DNA of 64,000 bases from a bacterium (GTDB taxonomy: Bacteria > UBA8248): contig JAJEJD010000030.1 of the NCBI GenBank assembly GCA_022828125.1, positions 26,176 to 90,175 on the forward strand. Direction: 5' to 3'. Made by a program: the position numbers and the translations under genes. Position 1 is the first letter of the stretch. Each line of letters opens with the position of its first letter. Positions 8,823 to 18,125 of the stretch are shown here, piece after piece. The notes under the pieces are model-generated. The model was not told the origin of the DNA and searched no databases. It saw only the letters and a list, made by a program, of their open reading frames with translations.

Positions 8823-10019
8823 TCAAAGCGCTTGGCGAGCGCGGCGCTCGCGCATCAGGCCGAGAATCAGGCGCTCGTAATTATCGATCGAGACGTCGAA
8901 GGAGAACTCTCGCGCCCTGGCAAGCAACGTGTCCTTCTCCGGCGGGGAATCGAGAACGCGCTCCATGGCCGCGGCAAGAGCGGAATCGTCCCCGACCGGA
9001 ACGAGCGGGCCGAATCGGCCGTTATCCAGAATCTCCGACGGGCCGGCAGGGCAGTTCGTGCTCACGCAGGGGCAGCCGCACGCCATCGCCTCTATCAGGA
9101 CAGTGGGCAGACCTTCAAGCTTCGATGATAGAACGAACAACGATGCGCGGCTCATGAAGGCATAGGGGTTCGAGACCCAGCCGGGCAGGGACACTTTTTC
9201 CTGAAGCCCCAGTTTGCGGATCATCTTCTCCAGTCGTCCCCGCCAGTTTCCTTCCCCCAGAATCATCAGGCGGACATCGCGATTCCGGGAGACCCGCCGG
9301 AACGCCCGCAGCAGCGTCGGAAAATCCTTAGCCCGTGCCAAGCGTCCGGCAGCCAGTAAGATCGGGGGGCCATCGTCGGACATCCAGGGATGCTCGGGAA
9401 CGGCGCGGGCCAACTCGGCGATTTCTTTCGTGACGACGGGATTGTAGATTCGGAAAATTTTTTCACGGGGGAAGTTAATTTTGAGAGCAATGCTGTCCGC
9501 GACGCCGTCCGATACGGCGACGACCTGATCCGCAACCGGAAAGAGAATCGGATAAAGTTTGCGAAACCTCCGCTTCGTGTGCATGAGGACGATATGCACA
9601 GTCGGGATTACCACCGGGTTCAGCTTGGTGAAACAAAGCGCCAGCAGCGTCGTCGATTTCGCTCTTGGAAGCGAGGGGAGAACGCAGTCCGGGCGTTCTT
9701 CGTCGATATAGGCGGCTATTGAGCGGGCGTCTTTCAGCAAGTCCGTCCGCAGATTTTTCAGTATTCGGAAACCGAAACGCCTCGCGAGATGCACGCGGTC
9801 GCGAGTGCTATGGATTCCTTTCTGCTTCAATATGAACTGGCACGCGTCGGGAGGAATTTCATCTTTAAGCGTGTCTATTTTTTCAAACACGAGGAGGTCT
9901 ACGCGGTACCCACGTTCAAGCAACCCGCGCGCCAGCCTTAATACAATACGCTCCGCCCCGCCGCCGCCCAGATGGGGAATGACGAGGGCGATTCGCAGGG
10001 GCTTTTCAGGTTCTTTCAT
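8823..10019 (-). CDS. Glycosyltransferase family 4 (GT-B, group 1)
   Basis: RIALVIPHLGGGGAERIV N-terminus and EGLPTVLIEAMACGCPCVST C-terminal motif. I prefer the ATG at 10019 over the GTG at 10094. Confidence 0.85.
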   Translation of the reverse strand: MKEPEKPLRIALVIPHLGGGGAERIVLRLARGLLERGYRVDLLVFEKIDTLKDEIPPDACQFILKQKGIHSTRDRVHLARRFGFRILKNLRTDLLKDARSIAAYIDEERPDCVLPSLPRAKSTTLLALCFTKLNPVVIPTVHIVLMHTKRRFRKLYPILFPVADQVVAVSDGVADSIALKINFPREKIFRIYNPVVTKEIAELARAVPEHPWMSDDGPPILLAAGRLARAKDFPTLLRAFRRVSRNRDVRLMILGEGNWRGRLEKMIRKLGLQEKVSLPGWVSNPYAFMSRASLFVLSSKLEGLPTVLIEAMACGCPCVSTNCPAGPSEILDNGRFGPLVPVGDDSALAAAMERVLDSPPEKDTLLARAREFSFDVSIDNYERLILGLMRERRARQAL

Positions 10020-10110
10020 TTTTTTAATCGTCCTATGCTGATAAGCTATGATTTTCGAGGAGCCGATCGTCGTCACTTCAAAGCCTTGAATCACTTCGTC
10101 TCAGATTTGT

Positions 10111-10959
10111 TCATACCGAATCGCCGCCGTTCCTTGCGCTGCGAACCTTGCGGGAAAAATATACACGCTTGAGCGCCTCTTCCCTGAGATTGCTGAGCGC
10201 GCGGCGTCCCAGTTTCCACAAGTTCCGGCTCGGCCGGGAATCCACCGCCTCCTGAAGGAAAGAATGGCCGCCCGCCTCGTTTCCATCGGATACTACGGGC
10301 GTTTCCAGGGAGAAGACGTTCAACCCGTTTTCCCAGTATGCGTGCAGCGCATGATCGGCTTGGTAAACAATTTTCGGACAGTTCTGCAGAAAGCGGCTCG
10401 CCCCTTTTTTCGAGACCATATAACCTTGCAGCCCCCAGTCCGAAAACCTTGTGATGCCCAACCGGATGCTCTCGTCGACACTTTTGAGCGGCGCGAAGGT
10501 TTTGTCCTTCCGATTGCGATGCAGAAAAACGAGGTCGAATTCCCAACCCGAGGCGTAGAAGCGCTCAAGGGTTTGGAGTACGCCGCCGATTTCAGGCGCA
10601 AGCGTTACGTCGTCCTCGAAGACGGCTACCAGTTCGTCATCGCCCGCTGCAACGCTTTCCAGCGCCTTTCTGTGGCTCAGGTGGCAGGCGATCATGCCGT
10701 CAGAAAGCGGGCGGCGGCCCTCCATGTCGCGGGTATTCCTGTCCACGAGGGCCCAATCTTCTTCGCCCAGCTCGCGCCAGTCCGTGGCGTCGAAAATCTC
10801 GAATTTCATGTCGAGAGCGTCGAACTGCCTGCGCATCGCCTCGCGCCGGGCTTCAGCGCGCGGCAGGTTGATGACGATGCACTTCATGGCGCGCTGCGAA
10901 TTATCCAACAATTTATCCCTTTTCTCCGGTTTATTTACCGGTTTCGCGCGGAAATTCAT
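10111..10959 (-). CDS. Glycosyltransferase family 25, second paralogue
   Basis: The GT25 core starts at MKCIVINLPRAEARREAM (alternative start 10887). The ATG at 10959 lies just downstream of the duplicated leader element. Confidence 0.8.
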   Translation of the reverse strand: MNFRAKPVNKPEKRDKLLDNSQRAMKCIVINLPRAEARREAMRRQFDALDMKFEIFDATDWRELGEEDWALVDRNTRDMEGRRPLSDGMIACHLSHRKALESVAAGDDELVAVFEDDVTLAPEIGGVLQTLERFYASGWEFDLVFLHRNRKDKTFAPLKSVDESIRLGITRFSDWGLQGYMVSKKGASRFLQNCPKIVYQADHALHAYWENGLNVFSLETPVVSDGNEAGGHSFLQEAVDSRPSRNLWKLGRRALSNLREEALKRVYFSRKVRSARNGGDSV

Positions 10960-10974
10960 GGAATTTTTCCGTCA

Positions 10975-11043
10975 TTTCCCATCGACCGGCTCCATTCCAT
11001 CTCCGTGGGCGATGGTAGCATTTCTTCGCGGATTGGGTAACGA
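10975..11043 (-). promoter_or_regulatory. Duplicated ~67-bp leader element, copy 1 (upstream of GT25 paralogue 2)
   Basis: The core CGACCGGCTCCATTCCATCTC..GGCGAT.GTAGCATTTCT (10983-11025) is repeated at 11861-11903 with a few mismatches. Confidence 0.5.
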
Positions 11044-11149
11044 GGCAGGCAGGGAATCGTCAGGCGGCGCTATTTTTGTGCCGGAACCTGAACAAGCGCA
11101 TTCGTGACAACGTACGGGGCCATCATCACATTGTTAAGTCCGGCTCCGA

Positions 11150-11845
11150 TCAATGCCAGGACAGGTTGATGCAGGGCCGTTCGATACTTCGGGCTTTTTC
11201 GTAGAGCGTGTTGACCCGCGGCTTGTGAGCCGGGATACGCTTTTCGTGCGTTTCCGCAAAAATGTAGTCGATGCGCGCCAGGACGTCCGGCTTCTCGAAC
11301 AAGGATTCGAGCAAATCGACTTCGGCGCCTTCGATATCGATTTTCAGTATCCCGATATCTTCACCGAGACCCTCGAGATAGCGGATGAAATCTATCTGTC
11401 TGACTTCAACGGCATTCTCTTGGGAGATATTCCGCTTGTCGGAGATGATCGTACTTGCTTCCGAATGCGAGGCGGGATTGTTCTCGAAGAGGGGGTGCCG
11501 GTAGAGAAGAGCCTTCTTCTCACAAGCTCCTGCCGCCGCGTTCTCTATCTTGACATTGTCGAGATCCGCAATGTTGGCCCGAAGCTCGGCAAAGGCCCAC
11601 GGGTCCGGTTCAAAGGCGATTACCTGTTTGGCCCCCATCGCCATCTTTCTGGTGTACGAGCCGACGTTGGCGCCTAAGTCGATACACGTCATGCCTTCGG
11701 AGCGGCGGAGCGCTTCGTCAAATGCCGCCCGAGTCTGCAGCCATAAAAATTTATGCTGGTAAACGCGTCCCCATTCTCCCGGCAACTTGCGCAGAAGGTT
11801 GTATTGATAATACTTGTAGGCTCGAATAAGGTCCGATATTTTCAT
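11150..11845 (-). CDS. FkbM-family methyltransferase
   Basis: CIDLGANVGSYT, VIAFEPDP and LKIDIEGAE motifs. ATG at 11845 with AGGGAG upstream. The track ORF extends to 11935. Confidence 0.85.
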   Translation of the reverse strand: MKISDLIRAYKYYQYNLLRKLPGEWGRVYQHKFLWLQTRAAFDEALRRSEGMTCIDLGANVGSYTRKMAMGAKQVIAFEPDPWAFAELRANIADLDNVKIENAAAGACEKKALLYRHPLFENNPASHSEASTIISDKRNISQENAVEVRQIDFIRYLEGLGEDIGILKIDIEGAEVDLLESLFEKPDVLARIDYIFAETHEKRIPAHKPRVNTLYEKARSIERPCINLSWH

Positions 11846-11853
11846 CGTCTCCC

Positions 11854-11921
11854 TTCCCTTCGACCGGCTCCATTCCATCTCAGCCGGCGATAGTAGCATT
11901 TCTCCATGGATGGCGTAACGA
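11854..11921 (-). promoter_or_regulatory. Duplicated ~67-bp leader element, copy 2 (upstream of the FkbM methyltransferase)
   Basis: Same core as 10983-11025, at a similar distance from the start codon and in the same orientation. Confidence 0.5.
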
Positions 11922-12136
11922 TTCTTGAGTTGCATCCTCTCCTACTCGGCTAGGTTCGACACGCATTTCCCCGCATTCGGCGTTACCGGGTTTGCGCCCG
12001 CGCGGGGCAGAATCGCGCGCGCGAACATGGAGGAATTCCGATGGACCTGGGAGGAGAAAAGCAAATGGACAAGGCGACCCACGTTCCACCGGCGACGGAA
12101 CCGGTGCTTTCCGCGCGATCGGAATTACCGAAAAAT

Positions 12137-12176
12137 TCGATAAATATCGATAAATTCACGGGGTTTTTCGATAAAA
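12137..12176. promoter_or_regulatory. Three phased TCGATAAA(T/A) direct repeats in a divergent AT-rich intergenic region
   Basis: Copies at 12137, 12147 and 12168, spaced 10 and 21 bp apart (about one and two helical turns), between the GT/FkbM cluster and tctC. Confidence 0.3.
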
Positions 12177-12506
12177 AACCGTATGGGAAAATCATTGAAA
12201 GTTATTGTAATATAAAGAAAATAGACACATATCTGAGTATGCGCCGCTCAAATAAAGCCGCAAAAAATTTCAAGCCTCCGCATTTGCCCGCATTTACGGT
12301 GAATGGCGCGCGACTCGGCGCATTTCCCCGCAAGTTCTCCATAGTCCGCATCCCCTGAGAGGCCCGAGGCCGCGTCCCGAAAATCCGGGATGGATTCTCG
12401 CGCCGAAATGAGGGATAATGCGCACATCCAACGTCAGGAACGATAATGTCGCCTCCCGGCTCCATGAGGCGAGAGGCATATCCATTCCAATCCAGGAGGT
12501 AAGCAG

Positions 12507-13481
12507 ATGAGAACATGTCGTACCTTGTGCTTCATTCTGATAGCTGTGTTTGCCGTTGCATTGCCGTTGCAGTCTGCTTCGGCCGCGTTTCCCGAAAAGC
12601 CGATTCAGTTCATCATTCCCTTCGGCGCGGGTGGTGGAGCGGACATCGAGGGGCGCCTGCTCGCCAAAGGTATGGCGAAAGAACTCGGCGTTCCCGTGGT
12701 GGCCATCAACAAGCCGGGCGCGGGCGGCGCCGTCACTTACACTTTCGTCAAGAACTCCAAGCCGGACGGCTATATCGTGGCCTGGAACTCCACCTCCGTC
12801 CTCACCTCCACGAACATCGGCAACGTGCCGTGGGGCTACCAGGAACTCGACCATATCGGGCGGGTGCACTTCCAGCCTCTGGTGGTGGCGGTGAACGCCA
12901 AGTCGAAATGGAAGACGGTCAAAGACTTCGTGGCGGATTGCAAGAAAAAGCCGAACACGCTCAAAATCGGCCACGCGGGCACCGGCAGCACCACGCACCT
13001 CACGGCCGTCATTTTCACGAACATGACGGGCTGTAAGGCCATTCTCGTTCCCCTGGGCGTGAAGCGGCGCAACGCAGCGCTTCTGAGCGGCGAGGTCGAC
13101 GCCATGGGGGCGCCTCTCACGGGGGCGATTCGCCTGGCGAAAGCGAACAAGTTCCGCATCATCACCCACATCACGGGCAAGCGGAACCCGGCGATTCCCG
13201 ACGTGCCCACCATGAAGGAAATGGGCCACGACATCGATTTCGACCATTTCCGGGGCTTGAGCGTGCCGAAGGGAACGCCCGCGGCCGTGAAGGCGAAGCT
13301 CGTCGACGCCATGACGAAGGCCGCCAACTCGGACGCCTTCAAGAAGCTGGCCAAGACGAAGGGCTTCACGATTGACCCGAGCGGGCCTGAAGAGTTCGGT
13401 AAAATGCTCGCCAAGCGCGACAAGATTGTCGCCGACATCATGAAGGCCACGGGCGTATACAAGTCCAAGGTGAAGAAATAA
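12507..13481 (+). CDS. tctC: Tripartite tricarboxylate transporter substrate-binding protein (TctC/Bug family), locus 1
   Basis: 324 aa. AGGAGG RBS and signal peptide. FPEKPIQFIIPFGAGGGADI is typical of the Bug/TctC family. Confidence 0.9.
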   Translation: MRTCRTLCFILIAVFAVALPLQSASAAFPEKPIQFIIPFGAGGGADIEGRLLAKGMAKELGVPVVAINKPGAGGAVTYTFVKNSKPDGYIVAWNSTSVLTSTNIGNVPWGYQELDHIGRVHFQPLVVAVNAKSKWKTVKDFVADCKKKPNTLKIGHAGTGSTTHLTAVIFTNMTGCKAILVPLGVKRRNAALLSGEVDAMGAPLTGAIRLAKANKFRIITHITGKRNPAIPDVPTMKEMGHDIDFDHFRGLSVPKGTPAAVKAKLVDAMTKAANSDAFKKLAKTKGFTIDPSGPEEFGKMLAKRDKIVADIMKATGVYKSKVKK

Positions 13482-13505
13482 CCGCGCAGGTCGCGTGACA
13501 GACGG

Positions 13506-13560
13506 AGGCCGCCTCTTCCAGGGAGGGGGCGGCCTTCGTTTTCGAGTCGTTTTCTTTTCG
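13506..13560 (+). terminator. Intrinsic terminator/attenuator-like hairpin after tctC
   Basis: Perfect 8-bp stem AGGCCGCC/GGCGGCCT (13506-13535) followed by a T-rich tail, TTCGTTTTCGAGTCGTTTTCTTTTCG. Confidence 0.5.
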
Positions 13561-13575
13561 TGGGGCTGATTCGTA

Positions 13576-14058
13576 ATGGGTCTTCGAAACATTGTCGGCG
13601 GGGTGGTCATTCTCGGCTTTACGCTCTACTACGGTGGCCTCGCCACCCTGCTGCCGAAACGCACTACGACAGACGCGCCGGGGCCCCATTTTTTCCCGTA
13701 TCTGATCACCGTCTCGATACTCTTCCTCAGCGCTGTGCTGATTCTGCAGGGGGTGAGGGGCCTGAAAGGCTCGGGCGGCCTCGCCGACCTGAGGCCTGAA
13801 AGACCTTCGGCGAACGAGAATTTCAGCATCGCCCGCGCAGCGGCCGGCCTGCTGCTCACGGGGCTCTATTTCTCTGCGCTTTCGACCTTCGGGTTCTTCT
13901 GGTCCACGCCCGTCTTTTTCGCCGCTCTCATGTGGACCTCGGGCGAGCGCCGTCCGCATATTCTCCTCACTCTGGCGATTATCGTTCCCATGTTCCTGTT
14001 CTTTTTGTTCCGCGACCTTTTTCAGCTTCCCCTTCCAAGGGGAAGTTTTTTTGGATGA
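13576..14058 (+). CDS. tctB: Tripartite tricarboxylate transporter small membrane protein (TctB family), locus 1
   Basis: 160 aa with four hydrophobic segments, positioned between tctC and tctA. Confidence 0.75.
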   Translation: MGLRNIVGGVVILGFTLYYGGLATLLPKRTTTDAPGPHFFPYLITVSILFLSAVLILQGVRGLKGSGGLADLRPERPSANENFSIARAAAGLLLTGLYFSALSTFGFFWSTPVFFAALMWTSGERRPHILLTLAIIVPMFLFFLFRDLFQLPLPRGSFFG

Positions 14059-14064
14059 CGCAAG

Positions 14065-15573
14065 ATGAACGGTGATTTGCTCCAGGGGTTCTACCTCGCC
14101 CTCGCGCCGACGAGCATTCTGGCAACGGCCTTGGGCGCGCTGCATGGCCTCGTATGCGGGATGATGCCGGGTCTGACGACGAGCGCGGGCATCATCATCC
14201 TGTTCCCGGTCACCTTCATCCTGGAGCCGACCACCGCCGTGGCGCTCCTGCTCGGCGTCTTCGCGGGCGGAATGACGGGGGGGAGCTTCGCCGCCATTCT
14301 CATCAACATCCCGGGTTCACCCTCGGCATCGGCCACCACGATGGACGGATTCCCCCTCACCCAGAAGGGAGAAGCCGGGCGGGCGCTGGGCGTTTCCATC
14401 GTATCGAGCTTCACCGGCGGTCTTTTCAGCTTCTTCTGCCTCATACTGATCGCTCCGCAACTCACGAAAGTGGCTCTTCAATTCCGGGCGGCCGACCTGT
14501 TCGGGCTGGTCTTTTTCGGCATGTCCGTCATCTCCGCCTTCGCGGCGAAATCGCTCGTCAAGGGTCTCTTGTCCACTTTTCTGGGCCTCATGATCGTGAC
14601 GGTCGGGATGGATCCGCTCGTGGGCACGGCGCGCTTCACCTTCGGGGACGCGAACATGCTCGCGGGAATCCACTTCATCGCCGCCCTCGTGGGCCTGTTC
14701 GCCATTCCGGAGATAGTGGCGAACCTGGCGGAAGGGAACATCCGCTCGGTCGCCTCCAGGTTCGGCCGCGTGTTTCCGAGTTGGGCGGACATCAAGAAGA
14801 TACGGCTTCCGGTGGCCATCGGCTCCATCGTGGGGACTTTCGTCGGTATTCTTCCCGGAGCGGGCGGCCCGATAGCCGTTTTCGTGAGCTACGACTACGC
14901 CCAGAAGGTCAGCAAGGAACCCGAGCAATTCGGAAAGGGCTGCGTGGAGGGCGTGGCCGCGCCCGAATCGGCGAACAGTTCCATCGCCGGCGGGGCGCTC
15001 ATTCCGATGATGACGCTGGGGATTCCGGGCGACCCGATAACCGCCATCCTCATCGGCGCCCTGCTGGTTCACGGCATGGCGCCGGGGCCGCTTCTTTTCG
15101 TGGAGCAGGGGCCTTTCGCTTTTTCCGTACTTTTCTCGTATTTCATCGCAATTTGCAGTACGGCGACGGTCGCGTTCCTGGGCTTGAGGCTTATCGTGAA
15201 ACTGCTGTCCATACCCCGCTCGCTGCTGCTTCCGATTATCGTCTCCCTGTGCGTTCTGGGGACGTACGCGCTCAGGAATTCTTTCTTCGACATCTACGTC
15301 ATGTTCTTTTTCGGCCTCGTGGCGCTTTCCTTCAAGTGGCTCGATATTCCGGTCGTTCCCATGCTGCTCGCGCTCGTGCTGGGGCGGCAGCTCGAGGAGC
15401 ACATGCGGGTCGCCCTCGCCGCATCGAAGGGCGACATCTCGATTTTCTTCACGTCTCCCTGGTGTCTGTTCTTCCTGTGCCTCTCGGTGATCTCCTTCGC
15501 CTGGCCGTTCTTTCTCGAGTGGAGAGTCAAGCAAAGAGCGCTCAAGAAGGCGTCCGCCACTCCCTCCGCCTAG
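14065..15573 (+). CDS. tctA: Tripartite tricarboxylate transporter large permease (TctA family), locus 1
   Basis: 502 aa polytopic protein. Conserved GxxPGxG and LGIPGD segments are shared with the two other TctA paralogues in the window. Confidence 0.9.
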   Translation: MNGDLLQGFYLALAPTSILATALGALHGLVCGMMPGLTTSAGIIILFPVTFILEPTTAVALLLGVFAGGMTGGSFAAILINIPGSPSASATTMDGFPLTQKGEAGRALGVSIVSSFTGGLFSFFCLILIAPQLTKVALQFRAADLFGLVFFGMSVISAFAAKSLVKGLLSTFLGLMIVTVGMDPLVGTARFTFGDANMLAGIHFIAALVGLFAIPEIVANLAEGNIRSVASRFGRVFPSWADIKKIRLPVAIGSIVGTFVGILPGAGGPIAVFVSYDYAQKVSKEPEQFGKGCVEGVAAPESANSSIAGGALIPMMTLGIPGDPITAILIGALLVHGMAPGPLLFVEQGPFAFSVLFSYFIAICSTATVAFLGLRLIVKLLSIPRSLLLPIIVSLCVLGTYALRNSFFDIYVMFFFGLVALSFKWLDIPVVPMLLALVLGRQLEEHMRVALAASKGDISIFFTSPWCLFFLCLSVISFAWPFFLEWRVKQRALKKASATPSA

Positions 15574-15656
15574 AAAACGCACCGGCCGGCCTCTTCGCCG
15601 CTCGTCGGATCGAGGCGGGCCTGTTGAGAAACCTGGCAAGCAACTCCTATGGAAAC

Positions 15657-15715
15657 TCTCACCACCGAGGAGAATTTCAAATTCACTCCCCCCCTTGAGG
15701 GGATTGTTGAAAAAG
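15657..15715. repeat. Solo repeat ends: R4 terminus plus T motif
   Basis: CACCACCGAGGAGAATTTCAAATTCACTCCCCCCTTGAGGGG matches 58273-58307 and the R4 termini. It is followed by GGGGATTGTTGAAAAAGG (T motif). Confidence 0.6.
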
Positions 15716-15925
15716 GCCGAGGCGGGAGGTTTCCGGCGTCTCAGCCTCAGGCGTCTTGTTAGGGATTCGACGCGAAAAACTTGGGCCTTGACCCTGAATC
15801 GAGGCTCATCTAACCTGCTCGCTACATTGAAAACAAATCTGTTCCGGCGTCCGGTTTCCGATCCCGGGCGGGTCTGATTCCGGCTGCTCGGCTCCGTATG
15901 TTTCCATCTTCAAGGGGGATTTCTC

Positions 15926-17146
15926 ATGTCTGGTTTCAGAAAAAAAGCGTTCTTTGCCGGGGCGATCATCCTGGCGGTTGGCTTGTTGAGCGTTTCCACT
16001 TCATTTGCGGCGAAAACCATAAAAATCGGCGTTCTCTCTCCGCTGACGGGCCTGTATTCCATCGTGGGGAAAAGGACGAGTCAGGGCATCAACATGGCCG
16101 TCAAGGAAATCAACGACGCGGGCGGCGTTCTGGGCCACAAGTTCGAGGCGCTGATCCGGGATTCCGAGACCAACCCGGCGAGTTCGGTGCGCACGGCGCG
16201 GCGGCTGATCCTGCGCGACAAGGTCTTCGCCCTTCTCGGCCCCCTGCACGGGGGAGCGGCCATCGCCGTGCTTCAGGAGTCGAAAAAGCTGAAGACGATG
16301 AATTTCCCCTGGGCGGCGACCGAGGAGATCAATACGAAATTCTGCAGCCGCTACACCTGGCGGGTGGGCAGCAGCGCGCAGCAGACCTCCCGCGCGGGCG
16401 CCGTCATCGCCCACCGGCTGGGCCTGAAGAAGTGGGCGACGATATCGTCCGATTTCTCGTACGGCCGCTCCGTCGTCCGGCAGTTCTGGAACTATCTGAA
16501 AGAGCGCGACCCGGGCGCGGAACGCCCCTACGCGGCCTGGCCGAAGCTGGGCGAGAACGATTATTCCGCCTACATCAACAAGATGCAGAAGGCGAAGCCG
16601 GACGCCATCTACGTCGGCCTGTTCGGCGCGGACCTCATCAAGTTCATGAAGCAGGCCCGTTCCTTCGGGATGTACGAGAAGGTGAAGATATTCACCGATT
16701 TCGGCGGCAACCACGTCGTGCTCAAGGCGCTGGGCGACCAGGCGCCGTTCGGGCACTGGGCGAGTTCGCGCTACCTGCACAACTACCCGGTTTCCGCGGC
16801 CAACAAGCGTTTCGTGGACAATTTCCGGAAGGCCTATAACGTCTACCCGGACATGACGGCCGGCGAAGCGTATTCGACCGTCCACGTGATTGCGGAATCC
16901 ATCCGCCGGGCGGGCGCCGTGGACAAGGAGAAGGCGATTGACGCGATGGGCGGCGTCGCATTCAACTCGCCGGAAGGGTGGATCATCATGCGGCCATCCG
17001 ATCACCAGGGCTGGCAGTCGAGCTTCTGGGGCGTGATCTCGAAAAGCAAGAAATACCCTTTCCCGGTCCTCTCGAACATCCAGGTGATCTCTCCCGTCGA
17101 GGGTTCTCACCCCGACGAGAACACGGGCCAGGGCTGCCGGAAATAA
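15926..17146 (+). CDS. ABC transporter substrate-binding protein, HAAT (LivJ/branched-chain amino acid/amide) family
   Basis: 406 aa with a signal peptide. KIGVLSPLTG N-terminus of type I periplasmic binding proteins. The Liv-type permease and ATPase genes lie next to it. Confidence 0.85.
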   Translation: MSGFRKKAFFAGAIILAVGLLSVSTSFAAKTIKIGVLSPLTGLYSIVGKRTSQGINMAVKEINDAGGVLGHKFEALIRDSETNPASSVRTARRLILRDKVFALLGPLHGGAAIAVLQESKKLKTMNFPWAATEEINTKFCSRYTWRVGSSAQQTSRAGAVIAHRLGLKKWATISSDFSYGRSVVRQFWNYLKERDPGAERPYAAWPKLGENDYSAYINKMQKAKPDAIYVGLFGADLIKFMKQARSFGMYEKVKIFTDFGGNHVVLKALGDQAPFGHWASSRYLHNYPVSAANKRFVDNFRKAYNVYPDMTAGEAYSTVHVIAESIRRAGAVDKEKAIDAMGGVAFNSPEGWIIMRPSDHQGWQSSFWGVISKSKKYPFPVLSNIQVISPVEGSHPDENTGQGCRK

Positions 17147-17155
17147 CCATCACGC

Positions 17156-17200
17156 GTGAAGCCGAAAACGCCCCGGGAAGTTTCCGGGGCGCCGCTTCAC
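17156..17200 (+). terminator. Nested GC stem-loop after the HAAT binding-protein gene
   Basis: Outer stem GTGAAGC/GCTTCAC, inner stem CGCCCCGGGAA/TTCCGGGGCG, followed by CCTTTTCC. Confidence 0.45.
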
Positions 17201-17222
17201 CCTTTTCCGGAGGCCCGGACGC

Positions 17223-18104
17223 ATGGAATTGGACGTCAGTTTTTGGTTGACCCAGTTTCTGAACGGGTTGGCCAACGCGATGGTTCTCTTCCTGATCGCA
17301 TCGGGCCTCACGATTCTCCTGGGCGTTTTGGGCGTCCTGAACCTGGCCCACGGCTCGTTCTACATGCTGGGCGCTTTTCTGATTTTCTCGAGTTCGATCA
17401 TCAAGAATCCGAGCTGGTTCTGGGTGGGTCTGCTCTTCGCACCTTTGGTTGTGGCGGGGTTCGGCACCATCATCGAAGCGTTCTGCCTGCGCCCCCTCTA
17501 CGGCCGGGAAAGACTCTACACGTTGCTCCTTACTTATGGCTTCACACTCATTCTCGATGACCTGGTTCTGCTGATCTGGGGCCGGGATTACAAATCCGTT
17601 CCCATCCCCGCGCTGTTCGAAGGGCGATTGACCATCGGGGATTTCAGTTACCCCGTGTATTTTCTCTTCATCATCGCGGTCGGCCCGCTGCTGGGCGTTT
17701 TCCTGTGGTTCATCCTGAACAGGACGAACTTCGGGAAACTCATCCGCGCCGCCGCCACGGACAGCGAGATGCTCGACGCCCTGGGGGTGAACGTGAACCG
17801 GGTATTCACCGGCGTATTCGCCCTGGGCGCCTGGCTCGCGAGCCTGGGCGGCATCCTGGCCGCGCCGATGAGAAGCGTCGAGCCCGGCATGGGGGTGGAG
17901 ATCATCATCGAATCGTTCATCGTCGTCATCATCGGGGGGATGGGGAGTTATCTGGGCGCGTTCGTGGGGGCGGTGCTCATCGGGATGCTCAAGGCGTTCG
18001 GCATCGAGATCCTCGAGAATTTCGCGATGATTTTCATCTACGCGCTCGTGTTGCCGATTCTGATCCTGAGACCCCGCGGCCTGTTTGGCGAGACGACGAT
18101 TTAA
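17223..18104 (+). CDS. HAAT-family ABC permease (LivH-like)
   Basis: 293 aa polytopic protein. LNLAHGSFYMLGAF motif. Confidence 0.9.
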   Translation: MELDVSFWLTQFLNGLANAMVLFLIASGLTILLGVLGVLNLAHGSFYMLGAFLIFSSSIIKNPSWFWVGLLFAPLVVAGFGTIIEAFCLRPLYGRERLYTLLLTYGFTLILDDLVLLIWGRDYKSVPIPALFEGRLTIGDFSYPVYFLFIIAVGPLLGVFLWFILNRTNFGKLIRAAATDSEMLDALGVNVNRVFTGVFALGAWLASLGGILAAPMRSVEPGMGVEIIIESFIVVIIGGMGSYLGAFVGAVLIGMLKAFGIEILENFAMIFIYALVLPILILRPRGLFGETTI

Positions 18105-18125
18105 GAACGGGAGCCTGAAAAACGC

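Noticed and set aside
12041-12358. 105-aa ORF in the AT-rich intergenic region between fkbM and tctC, together with the 12202-12516 minus-strand ORF.
   Set aside because: No RBS and low-complexity composition. It lies in a region that looks regulatory (phased repeats), and I see no family resemblance.
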